Source: Blastocatellia bacterium
GTDB lineage: Bacteria; Acidobacteriota; Blastocatellia; Pyrinomonadales; Pyrinomonadaceae
DNA: 64,000 nt
Assembly: GCA_040289905.1 (NCBI GenBank)
Contig: PSMA01000012.1
Location: 374-64,373, forward strand
Direction of reading: 5' to 3'
The notes under the pieces were generated by a model that was given only the letters and a program-made list of their open reading frames with translations, was not told the origin of the DNA and did no database searches. Below, in pieces: positions 18,863 through 29,900 of this stretch (the first letter of the stretch is position 1; each line of letters opens with the position of its first letter). Position numbers and translations under genes: made by a program.

Positions 18863-20161
18863 ATGACAATCTCACCCGCACGAATTGCTGCTTTCAACAT
18901 CCTTTGGAGAATTCAGCGCGACCGGGCGTATTCCTCCGTCCTCCTTGCGGAGGTGCAAAGAGATCTTGAGCCGCGTGACCGATCGTTGTGTCATAAGCTG
19001 GTTCTTGGCGTCCTTCGCCACAGGTACTACCTAGACGCATTGATCGGGGAACTTACGGAGAATAGAAAAATCGATCCAGAAGTTCAGCTAGCGCTTGAGC
19101 TTGGGCTTTATCAGCTTTATTTCCTAGACCGCGTTCCGCATTACGCTGCCGTTTCCGAAACAGTCGAATTAGCCGCATTCGCCCGGAAATCTTCTGCAAA
19201 GCGATTTATTAACGCAATTTTGCGACGAGCGATGCGGCAGTGGCCAACACTGGAATTTAGAAGCGAAATTCAAAGGATTTCAACCGAAACCTCTCATCCC
19301 GAATGGTTAATACGCAAATGGATCAAGTGTTACGGAAGAAAACGTGCCGAAAATATTGCAAAAGCGTCAAACCGTCCGCAAAAGATTGCATTTCGGCTAA
19401 CAGCAAAGGCGTTCCGATCGGGCTTCGAACCACCGACAGGATCGACAGCCGTTCCTGCGATTTCGGGCTGTTATATTGTCCAAGAGCTGAACGAAGATAT
19501 CCTGGCGGCGGAAGCTAATGGTCTAATTTACTTCCAAAATCCGGCGTCGCAGGTTGTTGCCGCAATTCCGCAATTGACCAGGGGCTCCAGGGTTCTAGAT
19601 GTTTGCGCCGCGCCCGGAAGTAAAGCGACCGCGATTTCGGCAAGGCATTCGGAGGCACAGATCGATGTGTTCGCGGGCGACGTTTATTTCAAGCGGCTTC
19701 AGACACTTCGCTCAAGCGCTGAAAATCAGTGCGCTCGGCGGATATTTTTAGCACGGTACGACGCAGCTCAGGCATTGCCGTTTGCAGATGCGTCATTCGA
19801 TGCCGTAATCGTCGACGCCCCATGCAGCGGAACGGGAACGCTTTCGGCAAATCCCGAGATCCGATACTTTCTCGATCCTGACTCGATCGACGAGCTTGCC
19901 GCCAAACAACTTCAAATCCTAAGAAACGCATCGAAAGCTCTGCGGCCAGGCGGTCAATTGATTTATTCTACGTGTTCGCTCGAATTCGAGGAAGGCGAAG
20001 ATGTCGTCGACCGATTTCTGGAAATTTCCGGGAACGAGCGATTCAGATTGCTCGCTTTGCCGGTACTCGAACGTTTCAAAACTAAAGAGGGATTTTATCG
20101 CATAATGCCGGATACCGACGAAATGGAAGGATTTTTTATCGCGGCGTTTGAAAAACGATGA
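18863..20161 (+). CDS. rsmB: 16S rRNA (cytosine-C5)-methyltransferase RsmB/Sun
   Basis: 432 aa. A NusB-like N-terminal domain is followed by SAM methyltransferase motifs VLDVCAAPGSKAT, DAPCSGTGT and YSTCS. Confidence 0.8.
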   Translation: MTISPARIAAFNILWRIQRDRAYSSVLLAEVQRDLEPRDRSLCHKLVLGVLRHRYYLDALIGELTENRKIDPEVQLALELGLYQLYFLDRVPHYAAVSETVELAAFARKSSAKRFINAILRRAMRQWPTLEFRSEIQRISTETSHPEWLIRKWIKCYGRKRAENIAKASNRPQKIAFRLTAKAFRSGFEPPTGSTAVPAISGCYIVQELNEDILAAEANGLIYFQNPASQVVAAIPQLTRGSRVLDVCAAPGSKATAISARHSEAQIDVFAGDVYFKRLQTLRSSAENQCARRIFLARYDAAQALPFADASFDAVIVDAPCSGTGTLSANPEIRYFLDPDSIDELAAKQLQILRNASKALRPGGQLIYSTCSLEFEEGEDVVDRFLEISGNERFRLLALPVLERFKTKEGFYRIMPDTDEMEGFFIAAFEKR

Positions 20162-20243
20162 TAAACCTCGGCAGTGAAATAGCTTCCATCGGAGTTACGC
20201 GAATTTCGGCCTAATGGTAGAATAATCGGGAGGTAATTAGGCG

Positions 20244-20933
20244 TTGAGTTTTGCAAAAAAATCGTTCTCGGCTCTCGGCAAATTGCTTGCCGCCGGGGTT
20301 CTCGTGCTTGCGTTTACCGGCGGGCTGGTCGCGGTCGTTTATTTTTCGCTATCTGGAAAAGAAGTAACTGTGCCTGACATAACGGGAAAGGATTTTTTCG
20401 AAAGCGAGCACGAACTTGCGGCACTAGGATTGAAAATTAAACGCCGTGCTGAGCGCGTCAGCGAGGCGAAAATGAACACGGTTCTTGAGCAGCTTCCCAA
20501 AGCCGGAGAGACGGTAAAAACCGGCCAAATGATTCTTGTGGTAGTTAGCAAGGCTCCTGCACCTGGCGAAGCGGCGCCGCCACCGTTGAAAAAAGATATC
20601 AACCAGGATGATACGGAAAAAATCAAGGAGATGATTTCGGATAAACCGAGAAAACCCCGGCCGGTGGCAAATACCAATTCAAACGCAAATTCCAATACGC
20701 GTAAAGCGGATACGACTCGAGACATAATCTCCAATGCGAACACCGCTCCGGGCGCCGCAAACCTTGCAAGCCCTTCAAATTCAGAAACGAAAAAGACGCC
20801 TTCGGACGATAATCAGAGTATCGGTCGGGACCGCTCGGATAAGCCCGATAAAAACGAAAAACGCGAGGTGCCGCCGACCAAGCCGTCCGCATCGCCATCT
20901 ACGACAAGGCCGCCGGCAAGAAAGGAGAATTAA
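20244..20933 (+). CDS. Membrane-anchored single-PASTA-domain protein with a low-complexity basic/Pro-rich tail
   Basis: 229 aa with a TTG start, one TM segment, one PASTA-like unit (VTVPDITGKDFFESEHELAALGLKIK...GQMILVVVS), then a K/P/N/S-rich tail. No kinase or PBP domain is present. Confidence 0.55.
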   Translation: MSFAKKSFSALGKLLAAGVLVLAFTGGLVAVVYFSLSGKEVTVPDITGKDFFESEHELAALGLKIKRRAERVSEAKMNTVLEQLPKAGETVKTGQMILVVVSKAPAPGEAAPPPLKKDINQDDTEKIKEMISDKPRKPRPVANTNSNANSNTRKADTTRDIISNANTAPGAANLASPSNSETKKTPSDDNQSIGRDRSDKPDKNEKREVPPTKPSASPSTTRPPARKEN

Positions 20934-20946
20934 GCGATCACGGTAA

Positions 20947-21651
20947 ATGGGATTTGATTCGATAGACAAAATAAGGCCGTCGGCTGGTTCGTTCGTGCTT
21001 GCGCCATCGATTCTATCGGCGGATTTTGCCCGTCTCGGCGAAGAGATTGCGGCGGTTCAGTCGGCTGGCGCAGGCGTGCTCCACGTTGATGTGATGGATG
21101 GTCGCTTCGTTCCGAACATTACGATTGGCCTACCGGTGGTAAAATCCATTCGCCACGCGACCGAAATGGTAATCGATGCTCATCTGATGATCGTCGAGCC
21201 CGGTCGCTATGCAGCGGAGTTTGTCAAAGCAGGCGCGAATTTGGTCTCTGTTCACGTTGAAGCCGACCGGCACCTTCACCGGACGCTTGCTTCGATCCGC
21301 GATGCTGGAGGAAAAGCTGGAATTGCGATAAATCCTGCAACGCCTCTTTCGTTGCTCGATGAAGCATTGCAATATGCGGATTTCGTATTGCTTATGAGCG
21401 TAAATCCGGGATTTGGCGGACAAAAGTTCATTGGCCCGTCGCTTGAGAAGCTTCGTCGGCTCAAAAGGATGATCGATGACCGGCAGCTTAACGTTAGAAT
21501 TGAAATTGACGGCGGGATTGACGCTTCTAATATCGCAGAGGTCGTCGCCGCTGGTGCCCAAATCGTAGTCGCGGGCTCTGCGATTTTTGGCTCCGGTGAT
21601 TCAACCGGCTCCGTTCGAATGCTTTTGGAAAAAGGCACTGTTTGGGTTTAG
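20947..21651 (+). CDS. rpe: Ribulose-phosphate 3-epimerase
   Basis: 234 aa with LHVDVMDGRFVPN, MSVNPGFGGQKF and IEIDGG. Confidence 0.9.
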   Translation: MGFDSIDKIRPSAGSFVLAPSILSADFARLGEEIAAVQSAGAGVLHVDVMDGRFVPNITIGLPVVKSIRHATEMVIDAHLMIVEPGRYAAEFVKAGANLVSVHVEADRHLHRTLASIRDAGGKAGIAINPATPLSLLDEALQYADFVLLMSVNPGFGGQKFIGPSLEKLRRLKRMIDDRQLNVRIEIDGGIDASNIAEVVAAGAQIVVAGSAIFGSGDSTGSVRMLLEKGTVWV

Positions 21652-23202
21652 GTGGCGGTTTTTCAGATTACCGCTGATAAAAGAATTATGAGAATGCTTT
21701 TATTTTGCAAGAAACGCGTTGCTGCGATAGGTCTTTTCATTGCGGTCTTCGCGATTTGTGGATCGGCGCAGAAGGCCGCCGATGGGACGCCGCTACAACG
21801 CCTTGACGTGATGCGTCAAAAGCTCGAGACAATGAGGCGATCCTTAACGAGTGCGGCCTCGGTCCTCAAGGAGGAGGGAGCAGACGACAAGGATGCCAAG
21901 GCAAATCCGGATTCGCCGCGGGCTCGACTACTTTCACTCGAAAAAGAGGCCGCCCGTTTGCAGTCCGAGGTGAACAGTCTCCGCGGTAAGGTTGAGAGAT
22001 CGGAAAAATACGAAGCCGCTGATATCGATCAGCTCGAGGCCGCAGTTGCCGAGTTGATGACCCGCGTGGATGTAGCACAGCGCGAAACTGCCGCGGCGCG
22101 TGCAGAGCCCGATTCCCCTGTCGGAAAGCCGCGGAAAATTAAAAAGAAGGGCAAATTTCTCGGAATTTTCGGTGGCGGCGGCAACGACGAATACGACGAG
22201 CTTATCGGAAGTGTCGCTCCGGGTCGGGATCGGCAGCTTTTTATTGAAGCGACGCGTGAAGTCCGCCGCAAGCGTTACGATGTTGGCCGACTCTTGTTTC
22301 AAACCATCATAACGACGTATCCAGATTCTCCCTATTTGCCAATGGCAAAGCTCGCAATTGCCGATTCTTTTTTCCTTGAAGGAAGTACAAGCGCTCTTAT
22401 TCAAGCGATTGCCGCTTATCAGGATTGGCTTACCTTCTTCCCGACACATCCATTGGCAGACCGCGTAGTACTTAAAATTGCGGAGAGCGAAATGAGGCAG
22501 ATCGGACTGCCCGACCGCGATCCGACGCGAGCTAAACGCGCCGAGGTGCGCCTGAAGGCACTTTTGCAGCAATATCCGAATTCTTCGTTGCGGGCCGAGG
22601 CCGAAGAGCGCTTAAAGCAAGTTCAAAACAATCTCGGGCTTCACAATCTCTATATCGCGAACTACTATTACACGCTTTCGGTTTCTCAGGGTAAGGGCGG
22701 TTTAAAAGGCGCGCAGTCACGATACCGCGAAATACTCGAGAAATACCCAAATTTTGATTACCTCGACGAAGCACTGTACAAACTTGCGGTGACCTATATG
22801 GCAGAAGAGGAAACGGACGAAGCGGCACGCTATTTTCAGCGTATTGTCCGAGATTATCCAAATAGTCAATACGTAGAAAAAGCGAAAGAACAGCTGACAT
22901 TGATAGGCGCGACAATTCCCGAACCTAACCCCGAAAGAATGAATGTAACGCCGCCGGAAGGGCCATCGTTCTTCGAAAACTTCAAAAATCAATTTTTTGG
23001 AATCTATCCAATGACAATAGATAAAAACGGAGTCTTAATGACAAAAGACTTCGATCAGGAAAAGTTCGAGCTGATTGATCAAATTATTGAAAATCAAGGA
23101 GACATTTACGTTAATCAAATCCCAAAGGCTTTGACTACCGTGATATCGCAGCGGCAGGCAAGCGCACAGCCGGCTAAAAACGAACGGCCTAAGCAGGAGT
23201 AG
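21652..23202 (+). CDS. BamD/YfiO-like TPR lipoprotein with a long N-terminal coiled-coil insert
   Basis: The ORF is 516 aa. The likely real start is ATG 21688 (MRMLLF..., lipobox-like VFAICGS). The TPR region (DSPYLPMAKLAIADSFF, YPNSQYVEKA) is typical of BamD. Confidence 0.55.
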   Translation: MAVFQITADKRIMRMLLFCKKRVAAIGLFIAVFAICGSAQKAADGTPLQRLDVMRQKLETMRRSLTSAASVLKEEGADDKDAKANPDSPRARLLSLEKEAARLQSEVNSLRGKVERSEKYEAADIDQLEAAVAELMTRVDVAQRETAAARAEPDSPVGKPRKIKKKGKFLGIFGGGGNDEYDELIGSVAPGRDRQLFIEATREVRRKRYDVGRLLFQTIITTYPDSPYLPMAKLAIADSFFLEGSTSALIQAIAAYQDWLTFFPTHPLADRVVLKIAESEMRQIGLPDRDPTRAKRAEVRLKALLQQYPNSSLRAEAEERLKQVQNNLGLHNLYIANYYYTLSVSQGKGGLKGAQSRYREILEKYPNFDYLDEALYKLAVTYMAEEETDEAARYFQRIVRDYPNSQYVEKAKEQLTLIGATIPEPNPERMNVTPPEGPSFFENFKNQFFGIYPMTIDKNGVLMTKDFDQEKFELIDQIIENQGDIYVNQIPKALTTVISQRQASAQPAKNERPKQE

Positions 23203-23274
23203 GCATTAGGTGTTCAAAGTCTTTCACGCCGAAGCCATCGATTGTGAGGAATTTTATTGTGGAGGAGTTATTGC

Positions 23275-25407
23275 TTGAAGTCTCAGCTTCTTTTAATCGT
23301 TACTTTATCTAGTCTAGCGTTGACCTCAGCAATTGGAGCTTCCGCCCAGCCGGAACTTCCGTCCTCGAAAGTTCGGGAGGCGACAACACTCGAGCGGCTG
23401 CGGGCGGCCCGGCGGCAATATGATCCTGCTCGACCGGTCGGCGTGGAAAAACGCGCCGCTGCGTTCGCAAAATTGCTCGAGGGACAAAGGTTTCTCTGGC
23501 TTGTCAATAACGCGCGTCGTAGCCGAACGCAGTCAATGTCGGCTCAAAACGCTTTGAGGGCGCGTACAGCGTTCGTTCAAGCAGTTGAATTCGATCCAAG
23601 CCTTGCCGAAGCGTATTTCGCAATTGCCGAGCTCTCGATCACGATACCGCCAGGCGATATAGATGCCGCAATTGAAATTGCGGGTATGGCAATTGAGGTC
23701 GATAGGGATAATTTTTCCGCACATCGGCTGCTGGCGCGCCTTTGTACCTTCAAGAGCGGACTAGGCGTCGGGAGTCTTGACTCAGTGTTTGCTACGCGGG
23801 CGATCGAACAGTGGCAAACGGTCGTCCGGCTTGATCCGCGAAATGCTGAGGGTTGGGCATTTTTAAGCGAGTTTTTCGAGCGTCAAGGGAAAACAGATGA
23901 GCGAATCCAGGCTCTCAGGAAGTGGGTAAGCTCGGCGTCGCCGTTGGACTCACAGTTTTACCAACGGGTTACAAGCGGGCGTCGCAATCTATCGTCTGAG
24001 ACAGCGACTGCTTTACTCGGTGAGGCATTGATTCAGTCCAAAAGGTCGCGCGAGGCCATTGAGACGCTTGCTCCGCTTGTTGCAGATGATCCGAATAATG
24101 AAGGTGCTATCGGGCTGCTTCGCGAGGCGATCGATTCGGCCAAGCCCGAGGATCTTGCCGCAGCAATCGATGGGTTGAGACAAGCTGTCGGGACGGACCC
24201 ATCAAATCTCGCTTTGGCGAGCCTTTTGGCCGAGGTCTACGCCCGTTCTGGGCAAATTGGAGATTCTGCCGCACTTTTAAACTCTGCCGCCGAACGTTTG
24301 AGCGGAAAGGATCCCGCCGCTGCCGCGGAAATGCTTGCAAATCTTGCAGATATTTATCAACGGCATCGGTTTTACCAGAAATCAATCGAAACGTTTCGCC
24401 GAGCGATCGAACTGCGGCGCCGCGCCCCGCGAGTTGACGTAGACCCGAACGCCGAAAAGCGTTTCCTTGCCTATGCCTTTGAGCGGATGATTCAGGCCGC
24501 AAAAGCGGAAGGGTTATTTGACGAGGCGAAAGCAATTATCGAGCAATCCCGGAAATACCTTGGATCGGATTCTGAGCTGCCGAACCGGAACCTGATAAAG
24601 CTCTACCGTGAGACCGGCCGAGGCAAGGAGGCTCTTTCGCTTGTGAGGACGGTGCGCGGCAAATCGCCACTTGACGAGAGTCTAGCGCGGTTGGAGGCGA
24701 CGATACTCACCGAATTGGGGCGCGTTGACGAAGGCGTTGCCTCGTTTCGGCGGCATATCGCTGCGCGGAATACGGCGGCTGGGTCAGCGACGGCTAAAAC
24801 GCGCGGGAAGCAGCAGACAGTCACTATCTCTCCGGCTTCGGTAGATGAATTTTCTGACTACCTCTTTATTTCTCAACTTTACAGTCAGGCAAACCGCGGA
24901 AAAGAAGCAATTGCGGCGGCAAGTCAGGCAGCCGCCGTGGCTGGAGGCCCTGAACGACGTCAGATCGCAAAAATCACGCTTGCGACTGCACAGCAGATGT
25001 CCGGTGATTTTGCCGGCGCCGAGATCACGCTTCGACAGATTCTTCTTGAATCGCCTGGTAACCCAATTGCTCTCAATAACTTAGGATATTTTCTCTTAGA
25101 AAGAAATGAGCGTTTCGAAGAAGCTCTGGAAATGATCAAAAAAGCCGTTGAATCCGACCCGACAAATCCTTCGTTTTTGGACTCACTTGGCTGGGCATAT
25201 TTTAAGCTGGGTAAACTAGAGGAAGCGGAGAAATATCTTCGCAATGCGATTGGATTCGATTCATCGTCCGCAACAATACATGAACATCTCGGTGACGTTC
25301 TAGAGAAGCTAGGCAAAACAGCACAGGCAAAAACGCACTGGAAAAGAGCGCTCGAACTTTCAACTGATGCTAAAGACGTCCGTCGAATTCGATCGAAGCT
25401 AAAATAA
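23275..25407 (+). CDS. Secreted TPR-repeat protein
   Basis: The ORF track starts at 23257. TTG 23275 has GGAGGA 8 nt upstream and yields the signal peptide KSQLLLIVTLSSLALTSAIGASA. Many TPR-like repeats run to the C-terminus. Confidence 0.6.
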   Translation: MKSQLLLIVTLSSLALTSAIGASAQPELPSSKVREATTLERLRAARRQYDPARPVGVEKRAAAFAKLLEGQRFLWLVNNARRSRTQSMSAQNALRARTAFVQAVEFDPSLAEAYFAIAELSITIPPGDIDAAIEIAGMAIEVDRDNFSAHRLLARLCTFKSGLGVGSLDSVFATRAIEQWQTVVRLDPRNAEGWAFLSEFFERQGKTDERIQALRKWVSSASPLDSQFYQRVTSGRRNLSSETATALLGEALIQSKRSREAIETLAPLVADDPNNEGAIGLLREAIDSAKPEDLAAAIDGLRQAVGTDPSNLALASLLAEVYARSGQIGDSAALLNSAAERLSGKDPAAAAEMLANLADIYQRHRFYQKSIETFRRAIELRRRAPRVDVDPNAEKRFLAYAFERMIQAAKAEGLFDEAKAIIEQSRKYLGSDSELPNRNLIKLYRETGRGKEALSLVRTVRGKSPLDESLARLEATILTELGRVDEGVASFRRHIAARNTAAGSATAKTRGKQQTVTISPASVDEFSDYLFISQLYSQANRGKEAIAAASQAAAVAGGPERRQIAKITLATAQQMSGDFAGAEITLRQILLESPGNPIALNNLGYFLLERNERFEEALEMIKKAVESDPTNPSFLDSLGWAYFKLGKLEEAEKYLRNAIGFDSSSATIHEHLGDVLEKLGKTAQAKTHWKRALELSTDAKDVRRIRSKLK

Positions 25408-25421
25408 ATTCAAAGCGGCGA

Positions 25422-25462
25422 AACGAATAAAGCGCAGCCCGTCGGGCCGCGCTTTATTCGTT
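25422..25462. terminator. Long hairpin between convergent genes (bidirectional terminator candidate)
   Basis: The arm AACGAATAAAGCGC (25422-25435) pairs perfectly with GCGCTTTATTCGTT (25449-25462). An inner GCCC-GTC-GGGC extension is present. The flanks are A/T-rich. Confidence 0.6.
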
Positions 25463-25471
25463 CTCTACCTA

Positions 25472-26758
25472 TCAATTAGAGGGTTTTGTTGACGCCGGCG
25501 CTGGCTCCTGTTCTCGCTTTTTCAATTTTGGAGGCTCAGACGAAGACGACGAAGAAGTCGAAGAAGACCCTTCGGCAGCGTCCTTGCTGCTACTTTCGTC
25601 TGTAGAGTCCGGCAGTCGTTTTCTTAGTGTTGGGCGAGACTGATCTGGGTTGTCGTAATCGGCAATGATACCAGCTTTGGAATTCGTGATTTTCATCAAG
25701 TGGCTTTTTACCCGCTGGAATTCCGAGGTGCTTATTATGTATTCCTCTTTCTCAGGAAAGCGCGAAATCAATGCAAGGCTTGCATCGCGCCGATCGAGCG
25801 ATTGCGGATGGGTAGAAAATAGTTTTGAGAGCGCGCCCGGTTTTTTTCGGTTTTGCGAGGCAAGTTTTTCGAACATAGTTGCCATCGCGGCTGGGTCATA
25901 ACCAGAGGCATAAAGATATTGAACCCCAAGCGAATCAGCTTCCATTTCCGCCCCGCGAGTAAATTTAAGGCCCGCTAGTGCCGAAAGAATGCCGCCGCCG
26001 TTGTAAAGTACCTGGCTGACGATCGGGCCGCCAAAGATGATGCCGGCAAGCGCGCCGTAATTGATCAGAGTGCTTTTACCCTGATTTTCAATTGCGTGGC
26101 GTGCGGCCACGTGAGCAATCTCATGAGCCATTACGCCGGCGAGCTCAGCCTCATTGTCCGCCGCTAAAATTAGTCCCTTATTGACATAGAAGAAACCGCC
26201 CGGAAGGGCAAATGCGTTCACTTCGTCGCTGTCGATAACCTTAATGGTGAACGGTACCTTTGCATCAGAATGAAGAACAATATTTTGCCCGACGCGATTT
26301 ATGTATTCGGTTACAATTGGGTCCTCGACCAGCTTAACCTGCTGCTCGACTTGGATTGCAAGTTGTCGGCCGATTGCGATTTCCTGCTCTTTAGAACCGC
26401 CCAGCCATCCAAAGAATTTATCGGAACCAGAATTGATATTGCGTTTACCAATCTGGTTCGGATCTTCTTTAACTGAGAGAGGCTTGTTTTTACTCGACTG
26501 GTTTGAGGTGTCCGGTGTCGGGGAGACCTCCGCTTGATTCTGTTTATCTTTCGACTTTGGCTTTTTCTTACCGCTTTCAATTTTTCGGTTGTCCGTCGCA
26601 GGCGCGTCGGTTTGTGCGGACGCCGCTGAGACGAGCAAGCCGCATTGTAATCCTACGATGGATGCAATTGAAATCATTGCCGCGAAAGACTTGAAGATTT
26701 TATTTGCCACGTTTGCCTCCCGATTCGGATCTGGACGATTGACGACCTTACCGATCAT
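25472..26758 (-). CDS. M48-family zinc metallopeptidase, secreted or periplasmic
   Basis: 428 aa with the HExxH motif MAHEIAHVAARH and a signal/anchor segment. Both termini are low-complexity S/K/P-rich. Confidence 0.8.
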   Translation of the reverse strand: MIGKVVNRPDPNREANVANKIFKSFAAMISIASIVGLQCGLLVSAASAQTDAPATDNRKIESGKKKPKSKDKQNQAEVSPTPDTSNQSSKNKPLSVKEDPNQIGKRNINSGSDKFFGWLGGSKEQEIAIGRQLAIQVEQQVKLVEDPIVTEYINRVGQNIVLHSDAKVPFTIKVIDSDEVNAFALPGGFFYVNKGLILAADNEAELAGVMAHEIAHVAARHAIENQGKSTLINYGALAGIIFGGPIVSQVLYNGGGILSALAGLKFTRGAEMEADSLGVQYLYASGYDPAAMATMFEKLASQNRKKPGALSKLFSTHPQSLDRRDASLALISRFPEKEEYIISTSEFQRVKSHLMKITNSKAGIIADYDNPDQSRPTLRKRLPDSTDESSSKDAAEGSSSTSSSSSSEPPKLKKREQEPAPASTKPSN

Positions 26759-26989
26759 ATTTCTTTGAGGATTAATTTTTCAAGTTTTTTGATGCATAGA
26801 TGGCTGCCTCGGTTGCGGCTCGCTGCCGAAAGACAAAAAAAGTGACGCAATACTCTAAAAACTCTTTTTTTTAACGACGTTTATTGATAAACTTAGTGCG
26901 GATCGGCTAACCGCTGATCATCGGGGCCATCCTACATTTTTTTAGCCCGCGGCCTCCGTCGTACGCCGGCAGTTTAACGAAATTCCAAA

Positions 26990-29900
26990 ATGAAGCGGAT
27001 TCAGGATAAGGTTAAGGACATCGTAACTGTCCGTAAGTGCCTGGTTATACAGGATTTTTCTGGTGACCCAGCGCAAACGCTCGAAAGTTATCATTTCACA
27101 GATGCGACATCGGAACTGATGACGAAATGGCTAGACCGTGCCGCCGGAATGTACGACGGTCGAGGAAGCACCGTCGCACTCGCCGGCTACCGCGGCGTCG
27201 GAAAAAGCCATTTTATGGCGGTTTTTGCCGCGCTGACCGGCTCGCCGGAGCTTAGAACTAAAGTTTCCGATTCGCACGTTGCGGCCGGAGCTCAAGGGCT
27301 TCTGCGCCGACGCTACCCGATAATACAAGTGCGCCGGGGTACGGAACCAACACTTCTCGACGAGGTCCGGACGGCCTTTGCATCCGCGCTCGGCGTACCG
27401 CCAGCTGAGATTCAGGCTGACGTCAATACGATATTGCAAGCGGGACGCAGGAAATTCGGCGATATGCCGATAATTCTGCTGATCGATACGGCGATCGAAC
27501 GAATCGAGCGCGTCTCGCGCAATGACGGTCCTCTACTTGCTGAAATCGCTGAGGTTGCCCGCGAACTCAACTATTTTGTCGGTGTCGCCCTTGACGACGA
27601 TATCGCGGGCGCAGACGGGACAAATTCGGCAATCGTCCGCACCTATTCAATCGATTATCTTGACCAAGAACACCTCTACAAAGTCGTTGACACGTACATT
27701 TTCCCGAAAAACCAACAAAAACGCGCGCTTTTGCATGATATCTACGAATATTTTCGAGAGGTAATACCGACTTTCCGCTGGAGCGAACAAAAATTCACTG
27801 CACTTTACCCGCTGCATCCTGCGATATTGGAGGTCGCCCCGTTTGTCCGACTTTACATACACGATTTCGCGCTCCTCGGTTTCGCTTCAGAGGCCGGCGA
27901 GCGAATTTTGGGCCGGCCCGCGAATTCGCTAATCGCACTCGATGAAGTTTTTGATAGCGCCGAGGCTGGATTGAGAAAAATAGCGGATTTGAGCGAAGCT
28001 TTTGAGGCTTATGACCGCCTGAATTCGGATGTTGTAGCGAAGATTCCCGTTATGCAGCGTTTGCAGGCAAAGCTTGTTTTGAAGGCCTTGCTGCTGCTTT
28101 CGCTCGATGGCCAAGGTGCAACTTCTGGCGAAATAAGCTCGGGAATGCTTATTTTCGATGAAAATGATCCACAGAAAGCAAAGAAGACTGTCGAAGAGCT
28201 CGTCCGGACATTTGCAGCGGCGCTGCCCGATGATGTCCGTGTTTACGCTGAGGAAGGCCGCGAAGTTCGCTACGGGCTTCGGGTCAGCAGCAAAGACCAA
28301 CTGAACAAGGAACTTGACCGGGCAGCCGCAAAGGTTTCCGATGATGCGGCGCGGACAATGCTTCACCGCCTATTCCACGAGCGATTCTCGGACAGCACTT
28401 TTTTCGGCCTCGATGGAGCTCACAAAAATGTAATGGAATGCAGCCTCGTTTGGCGAGGCGGCGTTCGGCGGGGGCGCGTTGTCTGGTCTGCGGACGGAAA
28501 TTCGGCCTCTGCAACGGAAAGCTCTCTACATGATTGGGAAGTAGTAATTGATCTCTCAGACAAAGAGCCAGAACCTGCGGATCCGAGTGCTTTAACTCCG
28601 CGAGCCTTTTGGAAGCCGACCCAGCTTACAAATAACGAAAAGCTTGCGCTCAAGCGGTTCTATGTTCTGAATGCAGATGCTGATTTTCGTGAGAAATTTG
28701 GTGAACAGATTCGGCCGACGCTGCATTCTCACCTTGTTCTTGCCGATCGGATTTTTAGCCGCGTTTTCCTTGAAGACGCAAGAATTGTAATTGACGGTTT
28801 TGACTACAACTTTACCGAAGAGGCGCGGGGGGCCGCAACTTTGTCAGAAGTTTTCGGATTCACGCTGGAACCGCTTTTTGAGGTCCGTTACCCGAAGCAT
28901 CCATATTTTCTTCATCGTCTTACGACGGGCGAAGTCTCGGCAATCGTTTCAGATCTTTACAGCGGCGCGCGCCAGCGTCATGCGGAGGTCCAGCAATTGG
29001 CGCAGACGTTTGCGTTGCCCCTCGGGTTGGTTCGTCTTCGCGAAGGAGTTTACCTGCCTGAAAGCGCTGAAGAGCTATTGAAACTCGATTACGTCCGAAA
29101 GGTCATGGAATTACTTGAGGAAAGCGGTGACGCGGTTCCATTAAGGGAAGTTTATGCGGCATTACGGATACCGCCGTTCGGCCTTGTCCGTGAAGCGCAA
29201 CAGCTCGTACTTTCGGCAATGGTTGCCCAGCGATTGATCGAATTCGTTACGTCTAAGGGCGATCGGATCAATCACCGTTCACTCGATTTGAAGATAATCT
29301 GGGATGACATTGTTGGACTTTCACGGCCACAGGAAGTATCTTATTCGACGGAAAGGCTCATCCGGTGGGCCGCGAAATTTGTTGGCGATTCGGGATTTAC
29401 GTCATTTGAAAACTCCGAAAACATCTCCGCTCTCGAATCGGCTCTTGACGCGTGGTTAGCAGAATGGGATGAAGCGGCGACGATCGACAGATTTTCGGCG
29501 CTGCCGCCGGAGCTTCTCAATACTCATTCGTGGCGGCTCGCTTCTCGCGTGCGGACGACGCTTGGCGCTGCCTCGGATGCGGTTCGGCAGTGTCTGTCGA
29601 AAAAGATTGGATTCGAGGAGTGCATTGGCCGGATCAGCGATCTGTTCCTCGACGACGAAAAAAGGTTTGAAGCCGCTGCTGCGGATCTCAATAAGCTTGC
29701 AGGTTTTGTTCACGGTTTTGAGCAGCGCGTCTGGATTCGCGAATACCTAGCGATTTCAGACATCACATCTGACGAAGAAATCGAAACGCTTCGGGAAGCC
29801 TTGCTTTGGACGCTTGACCGCCTGGATTCGACTTTAGACGAAACTTTATGTCGTGAAATCGGTTATTTGTGGGCAAAATTCCACCGCGAATACACCGAGT

